A DNA stretch of 64,000 nt from Paraglaciecola hydrolytica (GCF_001565895.1 NZ_LSNE01000007.1:256845-320844); one strand, 5' to 3'. Positions 9,276 through 19,538 are shown, counted from the first letter of the stretch. Numbers and translations are program-made. The notes: generated by a model from the sequence alone, not told the origin.

Positions 9276-10382
9276 ATGCCTGCTATTGCTCACGACATTG
9301 CTTATTCCACCATTCGTACCAGCATCGATAAGCTGATCAATAACTTGGTCAACATTACCGATGACAGCGGTGAGTTTTTACTTAAGTTGGACGATGGTCG
9401 TATCATCGATACCAAAGGTTGGAACGACTGGGAATGGACTCACGGCATTGGTTTATATGGCCTGATGAAATACTGGGATATCACCGGTGATGACAGCGCT
9501 AAAGTGATTATCGAAGACTGGTTTAAAAATCGTTTTGCTGCAGGTACACCGACCAAAAACGTCAATACCATGTCGCCGTTTCTGACGCTGGCCTATATGC
9601 AGGAGCGCAGCGGTAACCGCAGTTATTTACCTTATTTAGATGTGTGGGCTGAGTGGATCATGGATGGCATTCCACGTACCGAAGAAAATGGGATTCAGCA
9701 CATCGTGTTTAACTCGGTTAACTACCAACAAATGTGGGATGACACCTTGATGATGAGTGTGTTGCCACTGGCTAAAATCGGTTTGTTGCTTGACCGTCCA
9801 CATTATGTGGAAGAAGCCAAACGTCAATTTATGTTGCACATCAAATATCTGGCCGATCGCAAAACTGGCCTGTGGTTCCACGGCTGGACATTTGATGGGC
9901 GTCATAATTTTGCTGATGCTTTATGGGCGCGTGGTAACTGTTGGGTGACTATCGCCATTCCTGAATTTATTGAATTGTTAGATTTACCGGCTGATGACGG
10001 TTTACGTATGTTTTTGCTCGAAACCCTCGAAGCTCAGGTTAAAGCCTTGGTTAAAACCCAACATAAAGATGGTTTATGGCACACCTTATTAGATGATCCT
10101 GATTCTTACTTAGAGGCGTCTGCGGCAGCAGGTTTTGCTTACGGGATATTAAAGGCTGTGCGTAAAGGTTACCTCGACAGCAAATATGAAGATTGCGCCA
10201 TCAAAGCCATTAAAGCGGTGCTGGCTAATGTAGATGACAGTGGTGAGTTACAACAGGTGTCGTTTGGTACACCGGTATTTGATGACTTACAGGGTTATCG
10301 CGATATCCCGTTGACTTCAATGCCTTATGGCCAGTCGATGGCGATCTTAGCTTTTGTGGAGTTTATGAATCGCTACATCTAA
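9276..10382 (+). CDS. Unsaturated rhamnogalacturonyl/glucuronyl hydrolase (GH105/GH88 family, YteR/UGL-like)
   Basis: ~368 aa (alpha/alpha)6-type sequence with WEWTHGIGLYGL, DDTLMMS and RGNCWV motifs typical of GH105/GH88. The ATG at 9276 has an AAGGA Shine-Dalgarno; the ORF-track start at 9255 is a TTG. Confidence 0.6.
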   Translation: MPAIAHDIAYSTIRTSIDKLINNLVNITDDSGEFLLKLDDGRIIDTKGWNDWEWTHGIGLYGLMKYWDITGDDSAKVIIEDWFKNRFAAGTPTKNVNTMSPFLTLAYMQERSGNRSYLPYLDVWAEWIMDGIPRTEENGIQHIVFNSVNYQQMWDDTLMMSVLPLAKIGLLLDRPHYVEEAKRQFMLHIKYLADRKTGLWFHGWTFDGRHNFADALWARGNCWVTIAIPEFIELLDLPADDGLRMFLLETLEAQVKALVKTQHKDGLWHTLLDDPDSYLEASAAAGFAYGILKAVRKGYLDSKYEDCAIKAIKAVLANVDDSGELQQVSFGTPVFDDLQGYRDIPLTSMPYGQSMAILAFVEFMNRYI

Positions 10383-10466
10383 TCGGCTAGCGCATTTAAG
10401 TAGCTCGCGCGTTACTTATGTTAGTCAAAAGAAAAGCGCAATCAGAATAATAAAAAGAGAATTAAC

Positions 10467-12041
10467 ATGAAAGAACGTAAAATTGGTTTGATAAATTACA
10501 CCGCCTATGGCCTCGGAGATGTACTCGGGGCGGGGTCGATGGCGGTGATCAGTACCTGGGTACTGTTTTTTTATACCACCTACTGTAACTTAGGTCCTTT
10601 GCAGGCAGGTATTATCTTTGCCTCCGCAAGGATCATCGATGCAATAGCAAGCCCTTTGATCGGCTATCTTTCTGATAATGCAGACTCTACCCGTCTGGGG
10701 CGCCGTTTTGGCCGCAGGCGCATATTTTTATTGATTGCCATTCCTTTATTACCCAGCTTTGCTTTGATGTGGGTCAGCGGTCAGCACTTTATGTACTACT
10801 TGTGCACCTACATCTTTTTTGAGTTGGTGTACGCCTCGGTACTCATCCCCTACGAAACCCTAGCAGCAGAAATGACCGATGATTTTCGTAAAAAAGGCAT
10901 GTTTGCTGGCTCGCGGATTTTAGTTGGCCATATGTCGGCCATAGCGGCAACGATACTGCCAGCGTGGATAGTATCAGCCCTTGGTGGGCAAGATTCGCCT
11001 GATACCTTTTTGATCATGGGCGGCATATTTTCCGTGGCCTTTATGATCGTCGTCGGCCTTGTGTATATATTTACCTGGGAGCGCACGAAAAGCGCGGAAG
11101 AGTTGGCACAACCCAAGGTCGAAAAAACCTCTTTGCTTAAGGTTTTTAGTAAGTTGTACAAAGGTTTGGGTTTTACCTTAAAAATCCGTGCCTTTCGTTT
11201 GCATCTGGGCATGTATCTAGGCGGTTATATCTCGCAGGATATTTTTAATGCAGCCTTTACCTATTTTGCGGCTTTTGCTTTGGGTGGCATGTTTGCTTAT
11301 AGCGCCAGCGAATCACTGAGCCTGACTTCGTATTTAATGGCCGCTATTTTTAGTGTGCAAACTCTGGCGGTTGGGGCGGTATTTGCTTGTGTTGCCTTAC
11401 TGCCTAAGTTTTTCCCCGCGCTGACCTATCGTTTTGCGGTGGTTTCTTACATCATTGGCATTATCGGTTTAGCCTCGTTTTATTATTTTGCACCCGAGAG
11501 CCAAACCGGCCAAATTAGCTGGTTAGTGATTGCCCTGATTTTTGCTGGCATAGGCCGCGGCATACTCAATTACATTCCATGGAATACCTATAACTATATG
11601 GCTGATGTTGATCAGATAGTTACCGGTCAGCGCCGTGAAGGCAGTTTTGCTGGGGTGATGACTTTTGTACGCAAAGCGACTCAGGCCAGCGCGGTGTTTG
11701 CCGTAGGTGCAGCACTGGAAGTGGGTGGTTTAGTTAAAGGCGAAAGAATGCAAAGTGCCGATGTGATGCAATCTATCGTGATGATTATGACCATAGGTCC
11801 GATTCTGGTATTGATTTTTGGTTACTGGGTATCCACTAAATTCCATTTAAATACCGATACTCACACTATTCTAATGGCTGAGATTGGCCGTTTTAAACAA
11901 GGTGAGCGTCAACCTTCTGATCCACAAACTCAAGCCATTATCGAAGATTTAACGGGCTGGAAGTACGAACAGTTATGGGGCAACAATACCCTTGGTATGG
12001 GGCCTGTGATGGCTGAGAAAAAGATCGTGGGAGAGGTTTGA
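10467..12041 (+). CDS. Glycoside-pentoside-hexuronide (GPH) family MFS sugar:cation symporter
   Basis: 524 aa with 12 predicted TM segments. N-terminal GLGD...G motif and an R-rich loop (RLGRRFGRRR) typical of the GPH/MelB/UidB family. Lies within a glycan-degradation cluster. Confidence 0.7.
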   Translation: MKERKIGLINYTAYGLGDVLGAGSMAVISTWVLFFYTTYCNLGPLQAGIIFASARIIDAIASPLIGYLSDNADSTRLGRRFGRRRIFLLIAIPLLPSFALMWVSGQHFMYYLCTYIFFELVYASVLIPYETLAAEMTDDFRKKGMFAGSRILVGHMSAIAATILPAWIVSALGGQDSPDTFLIMGGIFSVAFMIVVGLVYIFTWERTKSAEELAQPKVEKTSLLKVFSKLYKGLGFTLKIRAFRLHLGMYLGGYISQDIFNAAFTYFAAFALGGMFAYSASESLSLTSYLMAAIFSVQTLAVGAVFACVALLPKFFPALTYRFAVVSYIIGIIGLASFYYFAPESQTGQISWLVIALIFAGIGRGILNYIPWNTYNYMADVDQIVTGQRREGSFAGVMTFVRKATQASAVFAVGAALEVGGLVKGERMQSADVMQSIVMIMTIGPILVLIFGYWVSTKFHLNTDTHTILMAEIGRFKQGERQPSDPQTQAIIEDLTGWKYEQLWGNNTLGMGPVMAEKKIVGEV

Positions 12042-13402
12042 TGTTAAAGCCTAAATTAGTCTCTGTTTCAGCACTGTTACTGACGCTGTGTTTAGCGGCG
12101 TGTGACAAAACGCCTAGCAGTGCAGCAACAATAACAACAGACACCGCCATCCCTAAAAGTTGGATCGATCCGGATACCGGCCATAAAGTGGTGCGTTTGT
12201 CGGAAGAGCCGGGTTCACGCTCTTTGTATTTTCACCAAAACTCTTATGCTGCCAGCGGCGATAAGATGGTGATCTCGGTAGACAATCCCAAAGGTGTGGC
12301 TGTGGTTGATTTAGTCAGCCAGCAAGTCACACGCCTGTATGAAGACCCGAATATCGGCATTTTATTTATGGGGCCTGTGAGTCGCGATGTCTACCTCACT
12401 TACATTCCGCCAATAGATGGCGAAGTGGTGCATCCACAAAACGAACTACAAACGCCGACCAAAGTATTAGCAGTGAATATAGATAGCGGTGCGGTGCGCG
12501 ATGTTGCCACCGTTGCGCGGGGTAAAATTCATTCAATCAATAACGACGAAACCTTATTGATCGGTGCCTTTGCTGAAGCAGCCCATAATCTTGAAACTGG
12601 ACCACGAGACAGCCGTTTTGAAGCCCGTTACGAAGCCAAAGATGCCGATGGTAATCCATTGAGTTTTGCCGATGCTAAAGAAGTACGCATGGATGAACGT
12701 TTAGAAAAGCGCATCCCCATGCAGATGTTTACCGTCAATATTCAAAGCGGTGAACAAAAGACCATCATGAAATCCACCGATTGGCTTAACCATATCCAGT
12801 TTTCACCCCATGATCCTGAGTTAGTGATGTATTCCCACGAAGGCCCCTGGCATAAAGTGGATCGCATTTGGGTGACTGATATTCATGGCAAAACACCTGA
12901 AAAAATCCACAGTCGCATGATGAATATGGAAATTGCCGGGCACGAATTTTGGAGCTTTGATGGCAGTACTATTTATTATGATTTGCAAACCCCACGCGGT
13001 CAGGATTTTTGGTTAGCGAGCTACAATCTTGAAACCGGTGAACGTGTATGGCGGCATATGGAGCGTGATGAATGGTCGGTACATTTTAATATATCGCGCG
13101 ATGGCAAATTGTTTGCCGGTGACGGTGGCGACAACGAAATGGTCGCTAAAGCCAAAGACGGTAAGTGGATCTACTTGTTTGATTCAGTACCAGTAAAAGA
13201 TGTAGCGGGCATCAGTGCACGTAACGCCAAAGATCTGGTTAAACCCGCCGTACTTAAGGCCACTAAATTGGTCAATATGCAAAACCATGATTATCGTCTA
13301 GAACCAAATATTACCTTTACCCCCGATGGTAAATGGTTGGTATTTCGCTCCAACATGCATGGGCCTGTGCATGTGTATGCGGTAGAAATTGCCAAGCACT
13401 AA
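12041..13402 (+). CDS. Lipoprotein homologue of oligogalacturonate lyase (PL22-like beta-propeller uronide lyase)
   Basis: Lipobox signal (LLLTLCLAAC). Segments align to Ogl-family lyases (HEGPWHKVDRIW, HEFWSFDGSTIYYD, DGKLFAGDGGD, FTPDGKWLVFRSNMHGPVHVYAVEI). The start overlaps the upstream stop (TGATG). Confidence 0.55.
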   Translation: MLKPKLVSVSALLLTLCLAACDKTPSSAATITTDTAIPKSWIDPDTGHKVVRLSEEPGSRSLYFHQNSYAASGDKMVISVDNPKGVAVVDLVSQQVTRLYEDPNIGILFMGPVSRDVYLTYIPPIDGEVVHPQNELQTPTKVLAVNIDSGAVRDVATVARGKIHSINNDETLLIGAFAEAAHNLETGPRDSRFEARYEAKDADGNPLSFADAKEVRMDERLEKRIPMQMFTVNIQSGEQKTIMKSTDWLNHIQFSPHDPELVMYSHEGPWHKVDRIWVTDIHGKTPEKIHSRMMNMEIAGHEFWSFDGSTIYYDLQTPRGQDFWLASYNLETGERVWRHMERDEWSVHFNISRDGKLFAGDGGDNEMVAKAKDGKWIYLFDSVPVKDVAGISARNAKDLVKPAVLKATKLVNMQNHDYRLEPNITFTPDGKWLVFRSNMHGPVHVYAVEIAKH

Positions 13403-13423
13403 GCCATTTGCCAAGAATAACAA

Positions 13424-14452
13424 GTGACTAAGTATTTAGCGTCGCTCATTGGTGTTTGTTTAGGCTTGGCTTTACTGGTGGGCTGCCAGTCTATGCCCTC
13501 AGAATCAGCTATTGCACCTAAACCTTTATACCGTGATCCACGTTATGACGGAGCTGCTGATCCCTTGGTGATTTGGAATCATCTGCAACAAAAGTGGTAC
13601 ATGTTCTATACCAATCGCCGCGCCAAGGCAGAAAACCTACAAGGAGTGGAATGGGTGCATGGCACACCTATCGGCATCGCTGAGTCAACAGACGGAGCCA
13701 ACTGGCAGTATCTACAAGATGCTGAAATTCATTATCCGCCAGCCAAAGATATGGCGCTGCCAACCTACTGGGCTCCTGATGTGCTGTATGCCCAGGGGCA
13801 ATACCACATGTTTCTGACTATAGTGCCAGGGGTATTTCAGGACTGGAATCATCCACGCAATATTGTGCATTTTACCAGTCAGGATTTACTTAGCTGGGAC
13901 TATGCAGAAACCCTTAAACTCAACTCTGAACGGGTGATAGATGCCGATGTGATTGCACTGCCACAAGGCGGCTACCGGCTACTTTACAACGACGAACCCG
14001 ATGGTAAGTCGGTTTATTATGCCGACAGTACAACTCTGTTTAACTGGCAGGATAAAGGCAAACTGCCGATTGAAAGCCGCGGTGAAGGGCCAACCGCTTT
14101 TGAGTGGCAAGGTTATTGGTGGCTGGTGGTCGATGCTTGGCAAGGATTGAGGGTTTATCGCTCTAATGACTTAAACACATGGGTAATACAGCCTGAGCCT
14201 TTACTTGAACAACCCGGTACAGGCAAAGATGATGGGGTAATGGGCGGCCATCCCGATGTCATCGTCAACAACGGCAAAGCTTATCTATTTTATTTTACCC
14301 ACCCCGGACGCAGGCCTGAAAATAAAGGCATTGACAACTACTCTACACGGCGCAGTTCTATCCAAGTAAGCGAACTTAGTTTTGCCGATGGTTGGTTGAC
14401 TGCTGAGCGCGATAAAGCAACCCTGATTAAACTTCAAGCCCCAAATCAATAA
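13424..14452 (+). CDS. Glycoside hydrolase family 43 lipoprotein (five-bladed beta-propeller)
   Basis: Lipobox (LLVGC). The GH43 catalytic-triad contexts are present: ADPLV (base Asp), YWAPDV (pKa-modulator Asp) and RGEGPTAFE (acid Glu). GTG start. Confidence 0.55.
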   Translation: MTKYLASLIGVCLGLALLVGCQSMPSESAIAPKPLYRDPRYDGAADPLVIWNHLQQKWYMFYTNRRAKAENLQGVEWVHGTPIGIAESTDGANWQYLQDAEIHYPPAKDMALPTYWAPDVLYAQGQYHMFLTIVPGVFQDWNHPRNIVHFTSQDLLSWDYAETLKLNSERVIDADVIALPQGGYRLLYNDEPDGKSVYYADSTTLFNWQDKGKLPIESRGEGPTAFEWQGYWWLVVDAWQGLRVYRSNDLNTWVIQPEPLLEQPGTGKDDGVMGGHPDVIVNNGKAYLFYFTHPGRRPENKGIDNYSTRRSSIQVSELSFADGWLTAERDKATLIKLQAPNQ

Positions 14453-14749
14453 ACAGATTTTGCCGATTTCTAACACAGGGCGCATTAAGTGTCCTGTTTG
14501 GTTTTAATCGCTGAATATTGTGCTGTTTAAATGCACAGGCAATTAACGTTTGTCCAATAAGAGAAGAGCGGGGACATAGTGGGGTAATACAACCGCTTTG
14601 TTTTGCACTATTTTCAGAAAACCGATATAAAAGAGTAACATGTGTGCAGAGTAAAATATTGCACTGCACGAAATTGGACAAATTGTCGTGTTTAATCACC
14701 CCATTTTGTCTTTAACTAAATTGTTATGTGCTTAGGAGAATCTTCGGTT

Positions 14750-14992
14750 ATGGATGATAAGTTTTGGGAAGTCGTTAATAAATACATTAATAAAGCCGAT
14801 GAGATAAAAGAGGAAACTTCGATGCCTCAAGCAAGCTCATCTTTATTGTATGCAGCGGCCAGGTACAATGCTTTGAATATCATTAGTAAGTACGGTGAAA
14901 AAGAGAGAGAAGAACATACTAAACAGCATATAGAAATATATGAAGAGTTTTTGAGGAATTCTATTCAGCACTTATATGATAATCGCACATAA
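14750..14992 (+). CDS. Small hypothetical protein, AT-rich
   Basis: ORF with an AGGAG Shine-Dalgarno 12 nt upstream of the ATG at 14750. No recognisable domain. Confidence 0.3.
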   Translation: MDDKFWEVVNKYINKADEIKEETSMPQASSSLLYAAARYNALNIISKYGEKEREEHTKQHIEIYEEFLRNSIQHLYDNRT

Positions 14993-15431
14993 CAAACCAA
15001 TTATTCCGACCTCAACTCGCTGCGCTCTTTTCGTCGGCATATTGGGGCGTTATAAATCACAAAAGAATGGTGTGACGTATCTGGTAAGTTTACTGATTCT
15101 TGTTTTATCTGCTTGCGTCAATAAACCTATTATTCAAGAAGCGGTGCTCTGTTTTGAATCTGAAGAAAAGGCTGAAGCAATGGGGATGCGCATTTTTTCA
15201 GATAACTTTACAGAAAGAACTCGATACTGGTTAGATGGATCCTCAGAACCCATAAAAGGACTAGGTATTAGCTGGCGTGTTAGTGATCCAACTTTTTTCT
15301 GTAAGGCTGGTTTATATCCTATTGTTGTTACATACGAACCAAAGGATGAACCAGAATTCGAACCAAGTTTAGTTTTAAGCAAAGGTGTATTAAGCGCAAA
15401 GCTTCTAATTAAAAAGTACCGCGATTTATAA
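14976..15431 (+). CDS. Hypothetical lipoprotein-like protein; the start is uncertain and it overlaps the previous ORF
   Basis: 151-aa ORF with a hydrophobic segment ending in a lipobox-like LSAC. AT-rich. Confidence 0.3.
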   Translation: MIIAHNKPIIPTSTRCALFVGILGRYKSQKNGVTYLVSLLILVLSACVNKPIIQEAVLCFESEEKAEAMGMRIFSDNFTERTRYWLDGSSEPIKGLGISWRVSDPTFFCKAGLYPIVVTYEPKDEPEFEPSLVLSKGVLSAKLLIKKYRDL

Positions 15432-15556
15432 CAAGGCAATTAAAAATTCGGACACAAAACAGCAGGCTGTGTCCGCTTCGCTGCTGATTATTGCCTGCTA
15501 TTTTGTGCCGTTTATGGCGGTGCAATGTAAATTTTAGTTTGTAGGAGTCGTTAAAA

Positions 15557-15862
15557 ATGAAGATGGTCTATACAAATGAAAGCAATATTCTCGTCAACAG
15601 CGCCAAAAATATGCTGGTGCATAATGGTCTGTCTGTTTCAGTGAAAAATGAACACAATTCAACCGGTGGACATGTGTTACTTGCAAACATGGAGTTGTGG
15701 GTTAATCACGATGCAGATTATCTAGAAGCTATGAAACTATTAAGTAAACTAGACTCCAGAAAAACGTCAGAAGAGTGGACATGCTCCGAGTGTAATGAAA
15801 AGAATGATGTATCTTTTGAAATCTGTTGGAATTGTCGTAGCGAAGCTGTACCACAAGCCTGA
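15557..15862 (+). CDS. DUF2007-like small protein with a C-terminal CxxC...CxxC zinc ribbon
   Basis: 101 aa. The N-terminal half resembles the 'putative signal transducing protein' DUF2007 fold, and the C-terminus is CSECNEKNDVSFEICWNC. Good AGGAG Shine-Dalgarno. Confidence 0.4.
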   Translation: MKMVYTNESNILVNSAKNMLVHNGLSVSVKNEHNSTGGHVLLANMELWVNHDADYLEAMKLLSKLDSRKTSEEWTCSECNEKNDVSFEICWNCRSEAVPQA

Positions 15863-15968
15863 TTTATATCACAAGTTGCCTAAATTTGCCGCCAAAAGTG
15901 CGGCTGACTTGGGTATTGGGGGAGGGTGTTGACTAGCTTGCTTCATGTTGATGTTCTATACATAATGC

Positions 15969-16421
15969 ATGCAAATTTTGGCCTTTGCCGACAATGAATG
16001 TGAAAAAAGCATGAAATTTCCAGTACATGGTGATGTTAACGTCGAAGTGAGCGGGCAAATAATTATTGTTCATGTACGTGGGCCTTGGAATATTGAACTT
16101 GTGCAACTGTCTCGCAGTAAGTCTCTTCCTTATGTAAATGATTTATCAACTCAAGGTTGTTGGGCTCTTATTGTTCAGGTCAGTGGATCTGTAGTTTGCA
16201 CGCCTGATTCCTTAACACTGATTAAACAAGGTGCGGATAAGGATATTAGTGGTGGTAAACGAATTTGCACAAGTTATGTCATAACTCCAGATACAGAAGG
16301 ATATAATTTAATGCTGCCCATCTGGCATGACATTTATCGCGGTAAAATCCCCTTTGAAATTTTTGCTACCCTTGATGAAGCAGTAGATTGGAGCCATCAA
16401 CAATTACTGAATAGCCCCTAA
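15969..16421 (+). CDS. Hypothetical protein; the start may instead be the ATG at 16011
   Basis: 150-aa ORF with no recognisable motif. Confidence 0.35.
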   Translation: MQILAFADNECEKSMKFPVHGDVNVEVSGQIIIVHVRGPWNIELVQLSRSKSLPYVNDLSTQGCWALIVQVSGSVVCTPDSLTLIKQGADKDISGGKRICTSYVITPDTEGYNLMLPIWHDIYRGKIPFEIFATLDEAVDWSHQQLLNSP

Positions 16422-16479
16422 TTCACAACGTTGGCGTTATTTACTTCAGCAAACCACGCCATTGCAATATAGGCTTTAC

Positions 16480-17325
16480 TTAATACAACAAACTATAGAC
16501 CTTGCGACGGTATTTAGATTTTAAGGGATCGCCGTCGGGTAGGGCGTTGATCATGTCTAAGGTAAGCTTTTTGGCGTCGCCAAAATTTAGATCTTTAATC
16601 AATATACTCAGCGCTAATTCGAGTGCTTCTTCTACTTGATTGGCTTGATGGAGTTGTACGGCCAGTTTTAATTTCAGTTCAAGATTATCTGGATCGGCTG
16701 CCAGTTCTTGTTGTAGTGCAATGATTTCAGGCGATTCTGCGGCTTGTTCTGCTAATTGAATTTTACCCAAAATGCTTTTGTATAAAGCATCCTGATCAAC
16801 TAAACCAATAGTCGCCATCAGCGCTTTAGCCTGATTAAGCTGCCCCAACTCTACCTGACAATCAGCCAGCAATAGTTTGATATCAGCACGTCTGTCGTCT
16901 AAATCATGGGCTTGTTTCACTAGTGTATAGGCTTGTTGGTAATCGCCATGGCTGATGAGTTCTTGTGCTTGTTCTAATAATCCATCTTCGACTTTGGGCA
17001 GATGTTTATTTAGTAATTCGATTATTTGTGCTTCAGTTTGTGGGCCAGCGAAGCCGTCTAAGGGTTGGCCTTCTTTAACCAGAATGACGGTAGGCAAACC
17101 TTTTATACCAAATTGCTGGGCGATTTCTGGCTGACTTTGGCAATCGACCCGAGCATGAATTAGCGTGTCTGGATAATGTGTCGCAATTCTGGCCAAAACA
17201 GGCGCAAGCTCTTGACTGGGAGCATAACCTTCAGCCCAAAATTCAACCATCACTAAACACTGTTGTGAGTCGTGTATGATAACTTGTTGAAAGTTTTCTA
17301 AGGTAATGTTGACGCTAGTTTTCAT
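16480..17325 (-). CDS. ybbN: Chaperedoxin CnoX/YbbN-like protein (thioredoxin-fold N-domain without a CxxC, plus a C-terminal TPR domain)
   Basis: 281 aa. Thioredoxin-like N-terminus (VMVEFWAEGYAPSQELAPVL...GIKGLPTVILV) followed by TPR-like helical repeats. Size and architecture match E. coli YbbN. Confidence 0.6.
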   Translation of the reverse strand: MKTSVNITLENFQQVIIHDSQQCLVMVEFWAEGYAPSQELAPVLARIATHYPDTLIHARVDCQSQPEIAQQFGIKGLPTVILVKEGQPLDGFAGPQTEAQIIELLNKHLPKVEDGLLEQAQELISHGDYQQAYTLVKQAHDLDDRRADIKLLLADCQVELGQLNQAKALMATIGLVDQDALYKSILGKIQLAEQAAESPEIIALQQELAADPDNLELKLKLAVQLHQANQVEEALELALSILIKDLNFGDAKKLTLDMINALPDGDPLKSKYRRKVYSLLY

Positions 17326-17516
17326 ATTTTTTCTCTTTAAATTGCCTGTTGTCTGAGTTGGGGCAAGTTAGCTAAAAACAAGTTTATATTAAGCATTATC
17401 GATGATTAATTTAATGAATGCTTAGATTAATTGGTGAGTTTAAAGCGCTAAATAAAGCGTTAAAACCCATTGGCATAAAACTTATATCTTGTTAATTTAC
17501 CTTATCGTATCTGAAG

Positions 17517-17936
17517 GTGGTTTTCATGGTTCTGCATTCTCTTGGGTTTGCTAAAATAGTCTTATTGGCAGACGATATTGCCGAAGTGATTATTGACCAA
17601 GGGGTCGTGATGGATCTAAGCATGGTCAATCGGTATCATGACTTTTTGCTCAGCCATTTGCAGGCACCATTTTCGTTGTTGATAAATAAAATCAACGAAT
17701 ATAGCTATGATTTTAATGCACAAATGAAGATTGCTAATATTCCGCAAATCAAAGCCATGGCGATAGTGACTTATACTCGACAATCAGAGTTCACTACGCA
17801 ACTGCTCGCTGAAACCACTTACCGGCAAATAGTATGGAATATACAAATGTTTCCCCAGCGCGATATGGCATTGAAGTGGCTGTACAGCCAGCAATTAAAT
17901 GTATCGGTCACAGCAAACATGACCCAAGCAAACTAG
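17517..17936 (+). CDS. Hypothetical protein
   Basis: 139-aa ORF with no confident domain. Confidence 0.3.
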   Translation: MVFMVLHSLGFAKIVLLADDIAEVIIDQGVVMDLSMVNRYHDFLLSHLQAPFSLLINKINEYSYDFNAQMKIANIPQIKAMAIVTYTRQSEFTTQLLAETTYRQIVWNIQMFPQRDMALKWLYSQQLNVSVTANMTQAN

Positions 17937-17945
17937 GCCAAAACC

Positions 17946-18251
17946 ATGAGTGACAAATACCGTAGTTTCAGCGAATTTTATCCTTATTACCTGTCAGAGC
18001 ATCAGAATCTGACTTGTCGACGTTTGCATTTTATCGGCTCATTATTGATCATTTGTTTGTTGATTTATGTTGTACTGACTCAACAATGGCGCTGGCTTTT
18101 TGCTGTACCTGTGTTGGGTTATGGTTTTGCCTGGGTTGGGCATTTCTTTTTTGAACACAATAAACCCGCAACCTTTGATTATCCTTTTTATAGTTTGTGG
18201 GGTGATTGGGTGATGTTTAAAGACATTCTGCTTGGCAAGATAAAGATCTAG
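17946..18251 (+). CDS. DUF962 family small membrane protein
   Basis: 101 aa with two TM helices and the conserved GHFFFEHNKPA-type motif of DUF962 (Mpo1-like). Confidence 0.45.
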   Translation: MSDKYRSFSEFYPYYLSEHQNLTCRRLHFIGSLLIICLLIYVVLTQQWRWLFAVPVLGYGFAWVGHFFFEHNKPATFDYPFYSLWGDWVMFKDILLGKIKI

Positions 18252-18476
18252 ATTTTTAGACCTTGTAGCTACTTGCAAACATAAGAGTTTCTTTTTATTA
18301 ACTAAATTTTAGCAATCACACTGCGCTTTTAGTCTTTTCTGTTTTTGTCAACCGCCTGTGCTTAAAAAAAGTACAAATTTGTTGCCCTTCAAGGCTTTCC
18401 AAGCGCTTGAAAAACTCGTAAACTTGCGCCCCTTTTTGAGTGTTGGACGTTTTTTGCACGATTCCAGATTGAAGTT

Positions 18477-19511
18477 ATGATGCAGATTGGTCCTTATACT
18501 TTAGATAATAATCTGATTTTGGCGCCCATGGCGGGTGTCACTGACAGACCTTTCAGACAACTGTGCAAGCGTTTAGGTGCAGGTCTGGTGGTATCGGAGA
18601 TGTTGTCATCCAATCCGCAAGTATGGCAGATGGATAAATCCAAACACCGTATGGATCATACCGGTGAAGAGGGTATCAGAGCGGTACAGATTGCAGGAGC
18701 AGATCCCGAGTTGATGGCGCAAGCCGCACAGATAAACGTCAGCAATGGCGCGCAAATTGTGGATATCAATATGGGATGCCCGGCAAAAAAGGTGAATAAA
18801 AAATTAGCAGGTTCGGCTTTATTGCAAAACCCCGCTTTGGTTGAACGTATCATCAAAGCAGTGGTTAATGCGGTAGACGTGCCGGTTACTTTAAAAATAC
18901 GCACAGGTTGGGATATTGAAAATCGGAATGGGATAGCAATTGCCAAGATTGCCCAGGACAACGGTATTCAATCATTAGCGGTGCATGGTCGCACGCGAGC
19001 CTGTATGTACAAAGGTGATGCTGAGTACGACACGATTAAAGCCATTAAACAGGCTGTGTCTATCCCAGTAGTTGCCAACGGAGATATAACAGACGTACAT
19101 AAAGCTAAGTACGTACTGGAATATACTCAGGCAGATGCGTTGATGATCGGTCGTGGAGCTCAAGGTAACCCTTGGATTTTTCGCGAGATCTTACACTATC
19201 TGCAGACTGGCCAGATGTTAGCTACTCCCAGTATTGGTGAAGTGAGTAGCATATTGCTTGAGCATGTTGCCAATGTTCATCAGTTTTATGGTGAATATTC
19301 GGGAGCGCGAATTGCCCGCAAGCATGTTGGTTGGTACTTAGCTGAGCACGATAAACAACGAGAGTTTCGTGCAAAGTTCAATGCTATTGAAGATGCTTCC
19401 GAGCAACTTGAAGCCTTAAACCGGTATTTTGAGACACTTGATAAAGACTCAACTTACTTTGACAGATTGGCAGATGGATCAGTGACTACACTGGCTTCGT
19501 CTGTCGTTTAA
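18477..19511 (+). CDS. dusB: tRNA-dihydrouridine synthase B
   Basis: TIM-barrel Dus motifs (LAPMAGVTD, SEMLSS, NMGCPAKKV). Immediately upstream of fis, as in the conserved dusB-fis operon. Confidence 0.9.
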   Translation: MMQIGPYTLDNNLILAPMAGVTDRPFRQLCKRLGAGLVVSEMLSSNPQVWQMDKSKHRMDHTGEEGIRAVQIAGADPELMAQAAQINVSNGAQIVDINMGCPAKKVNKKLAGSALLQNPALVERIIKAVVNAVDVPVTLKIRTGWDIENRNGIAIAKIAQDNGIQSLAVHGRTRACMYKGDAEYDTIKAIKQAVSIPVVANGDITDVHKAKYVLEYTQADALMIGRGAQGNPWIFREILHYLQTGQMLATPSIGEVSSILLEHVANVHQFYGEYSGARIARKHVGWYLAEHDKQREFRAKFNAIEDASEQLEALNRYFETLDKDSTYFDRLADGSVTTLASSVV

Positions 19512-19538
19512 TGATGACTAACTAAAGAGCACGATGTA

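Noticed and set aside
16480-17325. Absence of a CxxC active site in the thioredoxin-like domain, as a possible degeneration
   Set aside because: Loss of the first cysteine is a known feature of CnoX/YbbN-type chaperedoxins, so it is not unusual.
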